Positions 56,601-63,420 of a DNA stretch of 64,000 nucleotides are shown one piece after another. The notes below the pieces were generated by a model. That model was not told the origin of the DNA, made no database searches, and saw only the letters and a list, made by a program, of their open reading frames with translations. The stretch comes from Carcharhinus amblyrhynchos (Eukaryota), in the NCBI GenBank assembly GCA_965287045.1, contig OZ336878.1, positions 104,098,001-104,162,000 on the forward strand, read 5' to 3'. Numbering within the stretch: position 1 is the stretch's first letter; each line of letters opens with the position of its first letter. A program made the position numbers and the translations under genes.

Positions 56601-59600
56601 AAAGGCCAAGAGTGGTTATGGCACAGATTTCCAGCCCATCGAAATCTTGTTGTTTCTTGGCAGGTGATCCAATCAGCACCATTTCTCCGCCCCAACCCTC
56701 GAGAAATGCAAACGTATTTTCCTTTATTGGACTCCAATTTCATTTTGAGCTCTTCTCCCTCATAGGCAGCGACTTCCAGGTTGCACGGAAGATTTTCTGC
56801 GAGCCTCTTGCCCAGAACCACATCTTTCACCTCGCTCTTGTACGATCGGGTAAAGTAACTGCTTGATTTGTATGCCGTATTGAAACATGGCATAAAGTGT
56901 ACCCCCTCACAACCGCTGCCTTCCCAATCTCATTTTATACTAATAGAATCGCACTAGCTTTTCCAATTGAAATCATATACCAAAAATCGCGGGTTCCAAT
57001 TTTATCTGCTTTGAATCTTCCCATCATTACCAAAATGTGGTGCCCAGAACTGCTCACGCTACATTAGTTGTGGTTTAATCAGAGCTTTATGCATATTCAG
57101 CATCATTTTATAAAGTCAGAATCCTATTTCATTTCCTAATTGCTCCATTAACATTTTCTGACAGGTTCAAAAATATATACGCACTATCCCTCACTTCTTC
57201 TTGATAAATACCAGTGTCTATCATTCTCCAGTCCGAAAAGTTAGCCATATACTTTGACTCAATGTTTTCTCTCTTTAAGCCTTTGTTAAAATCGGATCTA
57301 CATATAGTTTCCTCTTCATAGGTTTCCTGTTTTCTGACAATAATTATACGTGGACTTTAAATTAAAGCAATTCACACAACATTCATGGCATTCACTTAAT
57401 CCACTGCCTCCATTATTTCATTAAGATTACTCAATTATCTCCATTACGATCTGCCTTTACATATCAGCTATCTTTAGCTGAATACTCCCCGAGACTCTGC
57501 TAAATCGTCCTGCGCTTATTGCTCATGAAGGATTACCCATCATAATGTTAAACTTACTGGTCTTGACGGTACTAGGAACCTCCGACTACTCTTTCGAGAT
57601 TATTCCAATCACATTTACCGTCCTTCTATTCTCTTGGAACCCACTTCCATCATGCGAGGAAACAATTCTGCCCTCCGCCACCGCACTCCCTCTACCACAG
57701 CAGCTCCCCCGCACCACCCTTCCCCCATTACCCCCCACATTCCGTGACACATACAGATCTTCTGGAGCCATGTGCGTTCCAGTTCATCGGACCAGGTGAC
57801 TTGTCCACCCTCAGCATAGTCAGAATTTCTGGTAAAAACTGTATCACACCGTCCACTACCTCACCATTTTGTTACCCTTCCAACGCGCATTTACACAGTT
57901 AACGCTCATACAAAGCCTTTAAATGTTCTAGCCCCGGCCTGCATCTCTGAATATTTAGCATAATGGTCCTAATTGATCCACCCCTCTCCTTCCGACCTGC
58001 TGAGATTTACATGCTTGTTTAAGAGCCTCGGATTGCTTTTACGCTGCATGTCTACTTGAATATGGCTGAACGAATCCACGTGACAGATTATCATGCGCCT
58101 CTCCCTCATTCATCAGTTTTTAAAATCTTCTCCGTAATCCAAAAACCATTGATATTGTTACCTATTGCCCTTGTCATATTGTACATCGTCTGTTCATGAA
58201 ACACATCTTACTCAAATGTCTCTCACTATTACCATATCTGACAGTGTTCGATTCCATTTCACCCTGGCTGGATCCGCATTCACACCACCGAGGCTTCCCA
58301 TCCTCCTGGTCGAAATTTGACTTCAGATTGTTACTTATTCTACTTCGATTTAAAAAATATTTTATGGAGCTATGACCAGACGTCCCCAAGTATTGTCCCG
58401 TGGCCATTTGATCCAATCGCCCACTTAATTCCATAGCACCAGATCCAGCAAAACATTCAACTAATTTGACCGAGAGCATACTGGTAAAGAAAGTTCTCTA
58501 GAACACATTTCTGCAATACCCCCTTTCCTTATGCGCTCATCTGATACATTTTTCTCCTATATTTGTGTGCCTTTAGAACCCACAGGATCAGCACTCTAGT
58601 TGCTCTTCAACAGCTCTCTGATGCCCATGTGTGTCTGTCGGCAGGGCGAATGGACAAAAATTGCCATTTGTCAATTTATTGCCTTATTTGGCATGGTTTT
58701 GATCTTACAGGAGGCATAAACCTTCCCAGCTCTCTCGCCACATGGTGAAACCATTCACATTTCTTTCAGCGGCTTGCCGGCTACTGCGATGTTAAAGTAC
58801 TTAATATTCGCCACACTACTGGAGACACGGGTAGCAGCAGATCACAGCCATTGGCCTCCGGCCACCTCTTGGAGTGTTTTCCTTTTCTGCGAATGTGGCA
58901 TTACAGTTCTGGAGAGAGATTATTTTCTGGATCCAGACGTGCTCCTTTTCAAAATGGAGACGAACGCGTATTGCCTCATCCGACAGCAGAAAACATCCAA
59001 TTCTGCCGGTTGATTTGTCGGCCAGCAACATAAAGGAATATTCAAGAAATCCTAGAGGAAACACAGAAGAAATTCTTGAACCAAGTCATTAAAAGAATCT
59101 GGAAATTACTCGCACAGGGATGATTCTTCCGGGCTCAGAATCATCATCAGACTAAAATGAATTAAAAAAAGTCAAGCTTTTTATGAACGCAGTTGGCGCT
59201 AATGATACGCTGCCCACCGCCTAACACATTTGGCGTGTTTTCTGCCCCTCTTGCTTCCAGCGCAGAAAGAAGTCCGTATTATTTCGCCTCAGATGTCAGA
59301 AACCAACCTAACACAATTCAGGAATAGAAAAGTTTGCCTGCTCATGTGATTGTAGATTTGTGAATATTTTACCTGCCAGTTCCTTTATCCTTTGAACTGT
59401 TGATGCAAGAAAACATAGAAATTGGAAAGCAGCAGATAATTCCTTTGCCTCCATGAATTCGTTTTCCGTCCGGCATGTACGAGATTTCATCCAGTGTGGA
59501 ATCGCATATGATTATTACCTCTTTAGCTGTGCCAAATGATAAGTTAAGCGATATACGTTTACTTGGGTGAACGAGAGAGTAAAGTCGTATCCAATTAGCC

Positions 59601-62600
59601 GTTGCGTTTTTAAGCAGGCTTCGACCGAATGTATACCTTTATTTGATTACCAATTCGGCTTTGAATAAGGACGGGAGAGATGCCTGCCACTCCTACCTAT
59701 TAAATTAAGAGTTACAGAGGTCATAGAGTCATAGAGATTTACAGCATAGAAACAGGCCTTTCGGCACAACTTGTCCATGCCACCCTTTTTTATTTTATTT
59801 TAAACCCCTAAGCTAATCCTAGTTACCTGCATTTGGCCCATATGCGTCTATACCCATCTTACCCATGCAACAATCTAAATGCTTTTTAAAAGACAAAATT
59901 GTACCCGTCTCTACTACTACTTATGGCAGCTTGTGCCAGACACCAACCTCTGTGAAAAAATTACACCTCTGGACACTTTTGTATCTCTCTGCTCTCACCT
60001 TAAACCTATGCCCTCTAGTTTTAGACTCCCTTACCTTTTGGAACAGATATTGACTATCAAGTTGACCTGTGCCCCTCATTATTTTATCGACCTCGAAAAG
60101 TCTTCTATGCCCCAGAGAAAAAAGTCCCAGTCTACCCAGTCTCTTCTTAGAACTCAAACTATCGAGTCTGGGTAGCATTTTAGTAAATCTTTTCTGCACC
60201 CTTTCTAGTTTAATAGCATGCTTTCTATAATCGTTCTGAAATCTTAACTGACCATTTAATAAGATAAGCTGTCTGTTTATCACTTTTCACCTCTTGCTGG
60301 GCATATCAGAACATGCCAAATCGCAAGGAAACAAAGAAATTCCACTACTTCCGCCGTCCACTAGGCAACAGCTAAGCAGCCGGGGGAAACGCATCATTAG
60401 GACGAAAATTAAAATGTCAAGAAAATGGATGTAGATGAAGCAGGAGAAGACACTGAGTTAAGGCCATGCCTTCGGACTGAACGCACATGACATGACTCTG
60501 TCTCGGTGCGATTGCATTCTTCTTCAAATGTGGTGACTACGTATTTTGGAGGAGTTAGTGCCGCTAGTATGCCAGGCTTTTGATGTGATTTGGTTCAATT
60601 CATTATTGTCACATGTATTGGTACACATCGAAAAGCATTGTTTTTTGCGCGCTGTATGAATGGCCCTTCGTGCAAAATAATTTCCAGGTCTCAGACAGAG
60701 GCCCACCGCTAAGGAACGAAGGACATGTGGATCGGCGGACAGTTGAATGGAAGGGCTGGTGTTGGGCCGCAATCCTTCGGACTCTGGAGTCCCCGGCTAG
60801 GTTAACTCCACACCAATTATTATTGCGGCATGTGCGACTTTAATCAATTAGCATTGATGTTTCATTTCCCAGATTTGGGCTTCTGAAAACCCGGAACAAG
60901 ACAGCATGAGATACATGGTGACAAATTGGTCAAATTGTTCAGTCTTTTTTTCCTTTGTTAATTACATATTCAACCATGTTTTCGACGTTTACTTTGAAAC
61001 ATGAAAAATGTCCCCACGAAGTTCGCAGGAGAAACGGCATCTAAGCTGATTGATTGCACGTCTGACACTGCTAAATTGGGATGTGGTGCTGTAGTTGAAC
61101 AAAATAAAATCTCATGTGACATGGCAATCTATACCTTGCTGATCGTTACAATGCAGGAGTAGGTTCTTCGGCCCATTGGGTTTGCAATGTCTCTCTGAAA
61201 GGGCATCCTACCTAATTCCACTCCCCTGCCTTGTACATTTTTTTTTTGTTTTTAGATAGATTCCCTTTCTAATACCTTCATCGAACCTGTCATTGTATAT
61301 TGTACACTGCAACCGTTCGCTGTGTGAAAACAAACGTGTCCACGTCACTTCAGACCCTTTTGCCTAATATTTCGAATCTGTGCTGTTTAGGTCTTGATGC
61401 TCTCTCTGGAGGGAACAGTTATTCACTATTTGCCCGGCCCGTTGCCTTTAGGACTCTGAATCCATCTATCAAATCTTCTCTTAGTCTTTATTTTCTGTAA
61501 GGAAAACACATGCAATATCTCTGAACTATCCTCATGGATTCAGCTTTTCCTCTTAGAATCACTAACGGGAATCTCTTCTGTGCCCTATCCAATGCTTGCA
61601 TATCATTCCTTCATTGAGTATTCTATCGATGATAAAGAAGTTAGAAAACGAGTACTGCTGCGAAGTTAGAACGTTTAAGACTTTATCAAAATAGCTAACT
61701 ACCCATTTTACTATTAATCCTGACCACAGAATCCAATGATGTGTGGAAAAATGATGTATGCACGATTAATCACCATGTAGTAAATTAGTTTTGACATTGA
61801 GTGCCAACTCCTTCCCAATAAGTTGTGATTTATGTACTCTGAATCGACTTCTATGGGAAAGTTATCCGTCTGGCTCACGTTTCCTTTGATGGAAGGGTGG
61901 AGCCGGGGGTTGGTGGGGGGACGGGGAAGGGGGTCGACGAGGGTGGGGGGATCGTGGGGTGGGGAGGAGGAGCGGTTATCAATACATATTAATCCAAGCC
62001 GCTAATAAACTCCATCAGAGTAAAAACAAGAAAATTACTATGGACGCTGTGACTTGAAAGGAAAAAGTAGAAACCAGGAGCATCTCAGCGGGTCTGACAG
62101 TATTTCTGGAAAGAGAATAGTGCTAACATTGGAGCTAACGTAGGAACTATGCTGATGGATGGAATTGTTCAGGTCTTCGTTGACGGTGTCCAGTGTTAGA
62201 GTAATCGTTGCAGATCCTTAATTAGCGGAAAGTTTCAAACATACACCAAGAATTTCGTTCACCACTCTCTGTGACTAAGGTTGCAGCCAGAGTCATGGAT
62301 ACTCTGTTAGGTCCCAGATGTAATATTCATCAACATAATTAGTTATAACTGTTTGAATATGACTTGATTCTATGACAATCAAAAAAAGAAACGAAATATG
62401 AATGATATTTTAAAGAATTTATATACAATATAATACTTTACCAAGCTGTAGACGCAATCTCTCGTTCTCTGAAAAAGAAAGTTGAATGAATAAGGAAAAC
62501 CTCAACTTTATTCAGTTCAAATAATTCCTTCGCACTTACCAAGGTTATATTTCCACGAGTAATAGAGGCTTACTAGTGTTTGGTGAAAATCTTTCGTGTT

Positions 62601-62717
62601 CACAGGGTCCTCTTTTAATCTAGGCCTCTGAAAGGAATGTATCAAGAAACAAATAAAACGGAGAGATGGAATTCCACCCTTAGTAACTATTCATCTTACC
62701 TTTTTTAAGTGCATCAG
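610..62717 (-). CDS. Partial multi-exon gene (3' part): chain of ~27 symmetric phase-1 microexons encoding a coiled-coil/low-complexity region, resembling a butyrophilin/BG-like cytoplasmic tail; 5' exons presumably lie beyond 64000
   Basis: Joined translation of exons listed below: xDALKK-ENERLRLQL-VQRIKELA-DLRKKLNPGAEST-TTTGLETD-ESTGEKAP-ESTGEKAP-AATSLEGVTQ-ERDALQVKL-AETLKALK-ARPPMSLVTQ-DLKGKVKA-GIDPKCK-ECKQLLQRT-MRQLLEKTA-GPKGKFL-ATTEELYS-ECKKLLQAC-MRQLLLKDI-DGIFEFES-EIEKLLEQLHHA-GTTGADEDTHSHQSYLQKLIQ-ENDLSLIPK-TDIVREKEK-EFQALKSHCFGT-ETGS-GKGP, with no stop. Splice sites are seen in the sequence. That all exons belong to one gene, and the family assignment, are inference. Confidence 0.65.
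2090..5165 (+). mobile_element. CR1-type LINE ORF2 (endonuclease + RT), degenerate
   Basis: MDVVYLGFQKAFDKVPHQRLL, LGRQLFTTYIDDL..VSKFAG, LYKVLERPDLEYCVQ..SPY; CR1 3' end gaatggtggagca..gatgggccagatgg; many stops and frameshifts. Confidence 0.92.
5878..5889 (-). CDS. 12-nt microexon (ETGS), in duplication copy 2
   Basis: cattccacgatcaacag|AAACGGGATCAG|gtatgg. Confidence 0.45.
7355..10445 (+). mobile_element. Duplicate of the CR1 LINE above
   Basis: Same motifs offset by ~5266 bp. Confidence 0.92.
10445..11660 (-). mobile_element. Older, decayed CR1-like LINE; its 3' part is at ~6810-7330 (and ~1540-2070), interrupted by the plus-strand CR1
   Basis: Reverse-strand CR1-like text; ORF remnant VKAVWLTIRYFKCRKSLVGAAYEP resembles the CR1 endonuclease region. 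Confidence 0.55.
11665..12375 (-). mobile_element. CR1 LINE 3' fragment with a nested SINE 3' piece (~12055-12170)
   Basis: RCHSLRIRGR..TEMRRYSFTQRVVSQWNSLPQ..FKRRLD; tagaaacatagaaac tail. Confidence 0.85.
13074..13109 (-). CDS. 36-nt microexon (EFQALKSHCFGT); frame stays open to a stop at 12853 if the donor is skipped
   Basis: ctgc-poly(t)-acag|AATTTCAAGCC...GGAACAG|gtcagg; very strong acceptor. Confidence 0.55.
15340..15732 (-). mobile_element. HE1-type tRNA-derived SINE
   Basis: gggaggaaac..ggagc..ccagggaaaacccac..ctggcgctgtgaggcagcagtgc..gtgccgcc. Confidence 0.8.
17136..17162 (-). CDS. 27-nt microexon (xDIVREKEK)
   Basis: tttactttcatgcag|CGGATATTGTGCGTGAGAAAGAAAAAG|gtaaaa. Confidence 0.75.
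17458..17484 (-). CDS. 27-nt microexon (ENDLSLIPK), or terminal exon ENDLSLIPKSKLQR*
   Basis: ctaacaatatatttag|AAAATGATTTGTCCCTTATTCCCAAGA|gtaaac; both sites moderate. Confidence 0.45.
17695..17757 (-). CDS. 63-nt exon (GTTGADEDTHSHQSYLQKLIQ)
   Basis: catttcccacgaaccgtcag|GCACCACTGGA...TTGATACAAG|gtaaag; starts xTTG like the 24-nt exons. Confidence 0.6.
17990..18860 (+). mobile_element. Penelope-like element remnant (GIY-YIG region)
   Basis: aatctagtctactgcattcgctgcctccaatgcagcctcctctacatt translates as NLVYCIRCLQCSLLYI. Confidence 0.7.
19040..19720 (-). mobile_element. CR1 LINE 3' fragment, decayed
   Basis: Reverse-strand CR1 text (ccctcataatcttgtacacctc, ggcgaccagaacc). Confidence 0.7.
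19825..19860 (-). CDS. 36-nt microexon (EIEKLLEQLHHA)
   Basis: cattctctgttgctag|AAATAGAAAAGCTGCTCGAACAACTACATCATGCTG|gtgagg; ExxKLL motif as in the ECKKLL exons. Confidence 0.75.
20604..20675 (+). repeat. (CA)n followed by imperfect (CT)n microsatellite
   Basis: Seen directly. Confidence 0.95.
21003..21115 (+). mobile_element. Solo Penelope pseudo-LTR fragment
   Basis: gagcagcgctcc..aagct..ccaaata..gttggacttt..gtgagacttctta..tccaacgccggcatctccacatca, matching the ends at 36680-36793 and 42380-42500. Confidence 0.8.
22640..22663 (-). CDS. 24-nt microexon (DGIFEFES)
   Basis: cgttcattgttcag|ATGGCATATTTGAGTTTGAGTCAG|gttaac; weak donor; ends TCAG like ATTEELYS. Confidence 0.5.
22838..22864 (-). 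CDS. 27-nt microexon (xRQLLLKDI)
   Basis: cttgtatttcag|TGAGACAACTGCTTTTAAAAGATATCG|gtaagt. Confidence 0.8.
23964..23990 (-). CDS. 27-nt microexon (ECKKLLQAC)
   Basis: tgtttgttcaaatcctag|AATGCAAGAAACTTCTTCAAGCCTGCA|gtacgt; read-through of the donor would give ECKKLLQACST-stop. Confidence 0.7.
24420..24508 (-). CDS. Candidate alternative terminal exon (GKQWNIPRIRRSQVTSPDNEAYSLLVEYR*)
   Basis: ttagttctattcttgcag acceptor; phase-1 ORF containing a YxxL motif. Confidence 0.35.
25429..25452 (-). CDS. 24-nt microexon (ATTEELYS)
   Basis: ttctctgtcttttcacag|CCACCACAGAGGAATTGTACTCAG|gtaaaa. Confidence 0.75.
26402..26422 (-). CDS. 21-nt microexon (GPKGKFL)
   Basis: tttattctatattccag|GACCAAAAGGGAAATTCCTAG|gtaatg. 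Confidence 0.65.
   Translation of the reverse strand, partial: DQKGNS
26523..27301. other. Two assembly gaps flanking a (GAAA)n-like purine-rich tract (26721-26830)
   Basis: N runs; the long ORFs in the track here are artefacts. Confidence 0.99.
29379..29700 (+). mobile_element. HE1-type SINE
   Basis: ggtggcacagtggttagcattgctg (tRNA box-A-like) ..tttgcatgttctcccc..ggtgctccagtttcctcc..gggctgaatggcct. Confidence 0.85.
29801..29827 (-). CDS. 27-nt microexon (xRQLLEKTA)
   Basis: catttaccttgcag|TGCGACAACTCTTGGAAAAAACAGCAG|gtaaat; paralog of 22838-22864. Confidence 0.8.
30915..31215 (+). mobile_element. tRNA-derived SINE of a second family
   Basis: gtgacgtagtgg..gggttcaaatcccac (box B) ..aaatctggaatt..; family not assigned. 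Confidence 0.6.
31445..34020 (+). mobile_element. 5' half of a CR1 LINE: repeated 5' UTR, ORF1 (SGNH-esterase-type) and start of ORF2
   Basis: VVISGLLSVPRASETRN..NTWLHSWCRMEGFTYLGHWDSFRGRW..YKKDRL.LNWRG; ORF2 start ttcaatgcgagaagt (FNARS). Confidence 0.8.
34351..36793 (+). mobile_element. Penelope-like element (RT + GIY-YIG, frameshifted) with inverted 5' arm
   Basis: HNVFSFDNQFFIQPNGTAM..AP..ANTFM, YTRDINDIFFFW, FLDTCISI, LHFSSFHP..KEAIPYGQ, WYIGKT; 34351-34870 is an inverted, diverged copy of ~36240-36750. Confidence 0.92.
36795..37790 (+). mobile_element. Decayed CR1 ORF2 endonuclease region, continuing the host element split by the Penelope insertion
   Basis: ELNIQG..TF.RK-like text, attaatcatgggtgaattta; host 5' part at ~34030-34350. 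Confidence 0.55.
38860..39310 (-). mobile_element. CR1 3' fragment, abutting a SINE 5' piece at ~38795-38870
   Basis: gcattccagacc..ttttcctcaaatc..atcctggtaattctcctctgcac. Confidence 0.75.
39340..39366 (-). CDS. 27-nt microexon (ECKQLLQRT)
   Basis: catttatttttcag|AATGTAAACAACTTCTGCAAAGAACCA|gtaaga; clear paralog of 23964-23990. Confidence 0.8.
39530..40080 (-). mobile_element. CR1 RT fragment
   Basis: LGPYAFTTYINDFGKG..IASFADDT. Confidence 0.8.
40800..41121 (-). mobile_element. HE1-related SINE with gtaacttcattgc...tgtgactaataa tail
   Basis: tgggaggaaaccggagcaccc..gaacgtgcaaactccac..ctggcgctctgaggcagcag..gtgccaccatgccgccc. Confidence 0.85.
41437..41457 (-). CDS. 21-nt microexon (GIDPKCK)
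   Basis: ttttgtttttcggttttattag|GAATTGACCCGAAGTGTAAAG|gtaaac. Confidence 0.65.
42015..42500. mobile_element. Rearranged Penelope fragment: inverted body (42015-42348, minus) fused to a plus-strand pseudo-LTR
   Basis: CSDEEDCNRHLQMLKHALLRTEY..LI.RQF homologous to 35670-35830; pLTR ends ggcatctccacatca. Confidence 0.85.
42728..42751 (-). CDS. 24-nt microexon (DLKGKVKA)
   Basis: atgttcatttgcag|ACCTGAAGGGCAAAGTAAAGGCAG|gtacga. Confidence 0.65.
43603..43649 (-). CDS. Candidate alternative terminal exon (AGNRGHTEEEETRYH*)
   Basis: Strong acceptor with branch-point-like tactaac (tttttcttctctactaactgcag), 139 nt after the VTQ exon; AATAAA at 43586-43591. Confidence 0.45.
43789..43818 (-). CDS. 30-nt microexon (ARPPMSLVTQ)
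   Basis: ctgacttttaag|CCAGGCCGCCTATGTCTCTTGTGACACAAG|gtaaga; AAG acceptor is weaker. Confidence 0.55.
43830..44390 (+). mobile_element. CR1 3' fragment, decayed
   Basis: ttggagtgtagtctacagttttggtcca; atgaggaagaatttg..tggaattctcta. Confidence 0.7.
45090..45113 (-). CDS. 24-nt microexon (AETLKALK)
   Basis: tgtttctgtctcacag|CTGAAACGCTCAAGGCACTGAAAG|gtaagt; near-consensus sites. Confidence 0.8.
45176..45705 (-). mobile_element. Relatively young CR1 3' fragment
   Basis: gaacataacataagaacataagaaataggag tail; ggcccttcgagcctgccccgccattcaa. Confidence 0.85.
46339..46365 (-). CDS. 27-nt microexon (ERDALQVKL)
   Basis: ctttattccctttcag|AGAGAGACGCACTGCAAGTAAAGCTTG|gtaact; similar to ENERLRLQL. Confidence 0.75.
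49695..49724 (-). CDS. 30-nt (or 27-nt via NAGNAG) microexon (AATSLEGVTQ)
   Basis: tatttctctcag|CAG|CAACCTCACTTGAAGGAGTGACACAAG|gttaat; shares its GTGACACAAG end with 43789-43818. Confidence 0.6.
50483..50768 (-). mobile_element. HE1-type SINE
   Basis: gacactaaggggcaatttagcatggccaatc..ggactgtgggaggaaac..ggagcacccggagg. Confidence 0.85.
51585..51842 (-). mobile_element. SINE, left partner of the 812-bp duplication
   Basis: gcaatgaagttac..tgggaggaaactggagcac..ctgtgaggcagcagtgctaacca. Confidence 0.85.
52133..52156 (-). CDS. 24-nt microexon (ESTGEKAP), copy 2
   Basis: Identical to 52945-52968, 812 bp away, inside a tandem duplication. Confidence 0.7.
52945..52968 (-). CDS. 24-nt microexon (ESTGEKAP), copy 1
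   Basis: ctgcatttctctgcag|AATCAACAGGAGAAAAGGCTCCTG|gtaaga. Confidence 0.75.
53850..53873 (-). CDS. 24-nt microexon (xTTGLETD)
   Basis: cccttttctttgcag|CCACAACAGGACTAGAGACTGATG|gtatgt; paralogous to the next two exons. Confidence 0.75.
55513..55551 (-). CDS. 39-nt microexon (DLRKKLNPGAEST)
   Basis: cctttgttttcag|ATTTACGG...AGTACAA|gtagga; donor moderate. Confidence 0.55.
55966..56045. repeat. Inverted repeat: 29-bp perfect stem with 10-nt loop
   Basis: 55972-56000 ataatcaatgaaatcaaatctgaatcacg is the reverse complement of 56011-56039. Confidence 0.95.
56020..56545 (-). mobile_element. Rex1/Babar-like LINE 3' fragment
   Basis: TTLTNFYRCTI..LPYIDSIYTSRCLGKAA; gatttgatt..gtcacatgtatt tail, also seen at ~60585-60670. 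Confidence 0.8.
56640..58500 (-). mobile_element. Ancient CR1-like LINE, highly decayed
   Basis: tggtgcccagaactgctcac..tgtggtttaatcagag..; CR1-like 3' end at 56640-56860. Confidence 0.55.
58816..59051 (-). CDS. Candidate alternative terminal exon (GFLEYSFMLL...CCYPCLQ*)
   Basis: ttcttctgtgtttcctctag acceptor; phase-1 frame open for 77 codons to TAG; AATAAA at 58675-58680. Confidence 0.35.
59373..59396 (-). CDS. 24-nt microexon (VQRIKELA)
   Basis: ttttcttgcatcaacag|TTCAAAGGATAAAGGAACTGGCAG|gtaaaa. Confidence 0.7.
59715..60225 (-). mobile_element. CR1 3' fragment
   Basis: LERVQKRFTKMLPRL..RLGRLGLFSL..ESKTRGHRFKVR; catagagtcatagag tail. Confidence 0.9.
61140..61610 (-). mobile_element. CR1 3' fragment, decayed
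   Basis: ggttcttcggcccattgg..; ccatctatcaaatcttctc. Confidence 0.6.
62442..62468 (-). CDS. 27-nt microexon (ENERLRLQL)
   Basis: caactttctttttcag|AGAACGAGAGATTGCGTCTACAGCTTG|gtaaag; heptad-like. Confidence 0.75.
62700..62717 (-). CDS. 18-nt microexon (xDALKK)
   Basis: ctctatttcttctcacag|CTGATGCACTTAAAAAAG|gtaaga. Confidence 0.7.
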
Positions 62718-62929
62718 CTGTGAGAAGAAATAGAGATGTTATGTTATGACTGCAGATTGAAGTCATGGGGTGAAGATCTGTTTGGCATTTGTTCAAGAAA
62801 AGTGCTTCAGCTTGGCAACATTATAGTTCTCAAACATGCTGGCGTTTGGCAGCCACATAAATCTCACCATATTCCTTTTCAAAGAGAGTTATTTTTGTTT
62901 ACAAAATCTATAATATCATAATGACACGC

Positions 62930-63420
62930 ATTGACAAGGAAGGTTTACCAGGCTGATTCCTGGGATGACAGGTGTGTCAAATGAGGACAGACTAAGTTGA
63001 CTAGCATTATATTCACTGGAGTTTAGAAAAATGGAAGGGATCTCATAGAAACTTGTGAAATTCTAAGGGGGTTAGACAAGGGAGATTCAGAAAGAATATT
63101 CAAAATGGTGGGGGAGTCCCGAACCAGGGGTCATAGTTTGAGGATAATGGGTAAATCTTCTAGAATTGAGGTGAGGAAAAGTTTCTTCACCAGATAGTGT
63201 TGAATTCATAGAATTCACTACCACAGAATGTAGTTGAGGCCAAAGCTTTGTCTAATTTCAAAAAGAAAGTAGATATACCTCTAGGAGCTAAAAGGATCAA
63301 GAGATATGGGGGAAGGAAGGATCAGGGCTTTGAATTAGATGATTAGCCATGATAAAAATGAGTGGCGGAGCAGGCTTGAAGGACCTAATGGGCACCTCCT
63401 TGTTTTGTTTCTGTTTTCCT
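62930..63420 (+). mobile_element. CR1 3' fragment
   Basis: aggtttaccaggctgattcctgggatg..aggggtcatagtttgagg..gtggcggagcaggcttgaagg. Confidence 0.85.

Noticed and set aside
56664-56849. Plus-strand exon-like segment with AG/GT and an open frame
   Set aside because: Looks like the reverse complement of a decayed CR1 3' end, and has no partner exons.
59519-59526. Non-3n AG..GT candidates (8 nt here; also 1091-1121, ~14330-14382, ~22592-22622)
   Set aside because: They would shift the frame and have no paralogous support. They show the background rate of chance splice-like pairs.
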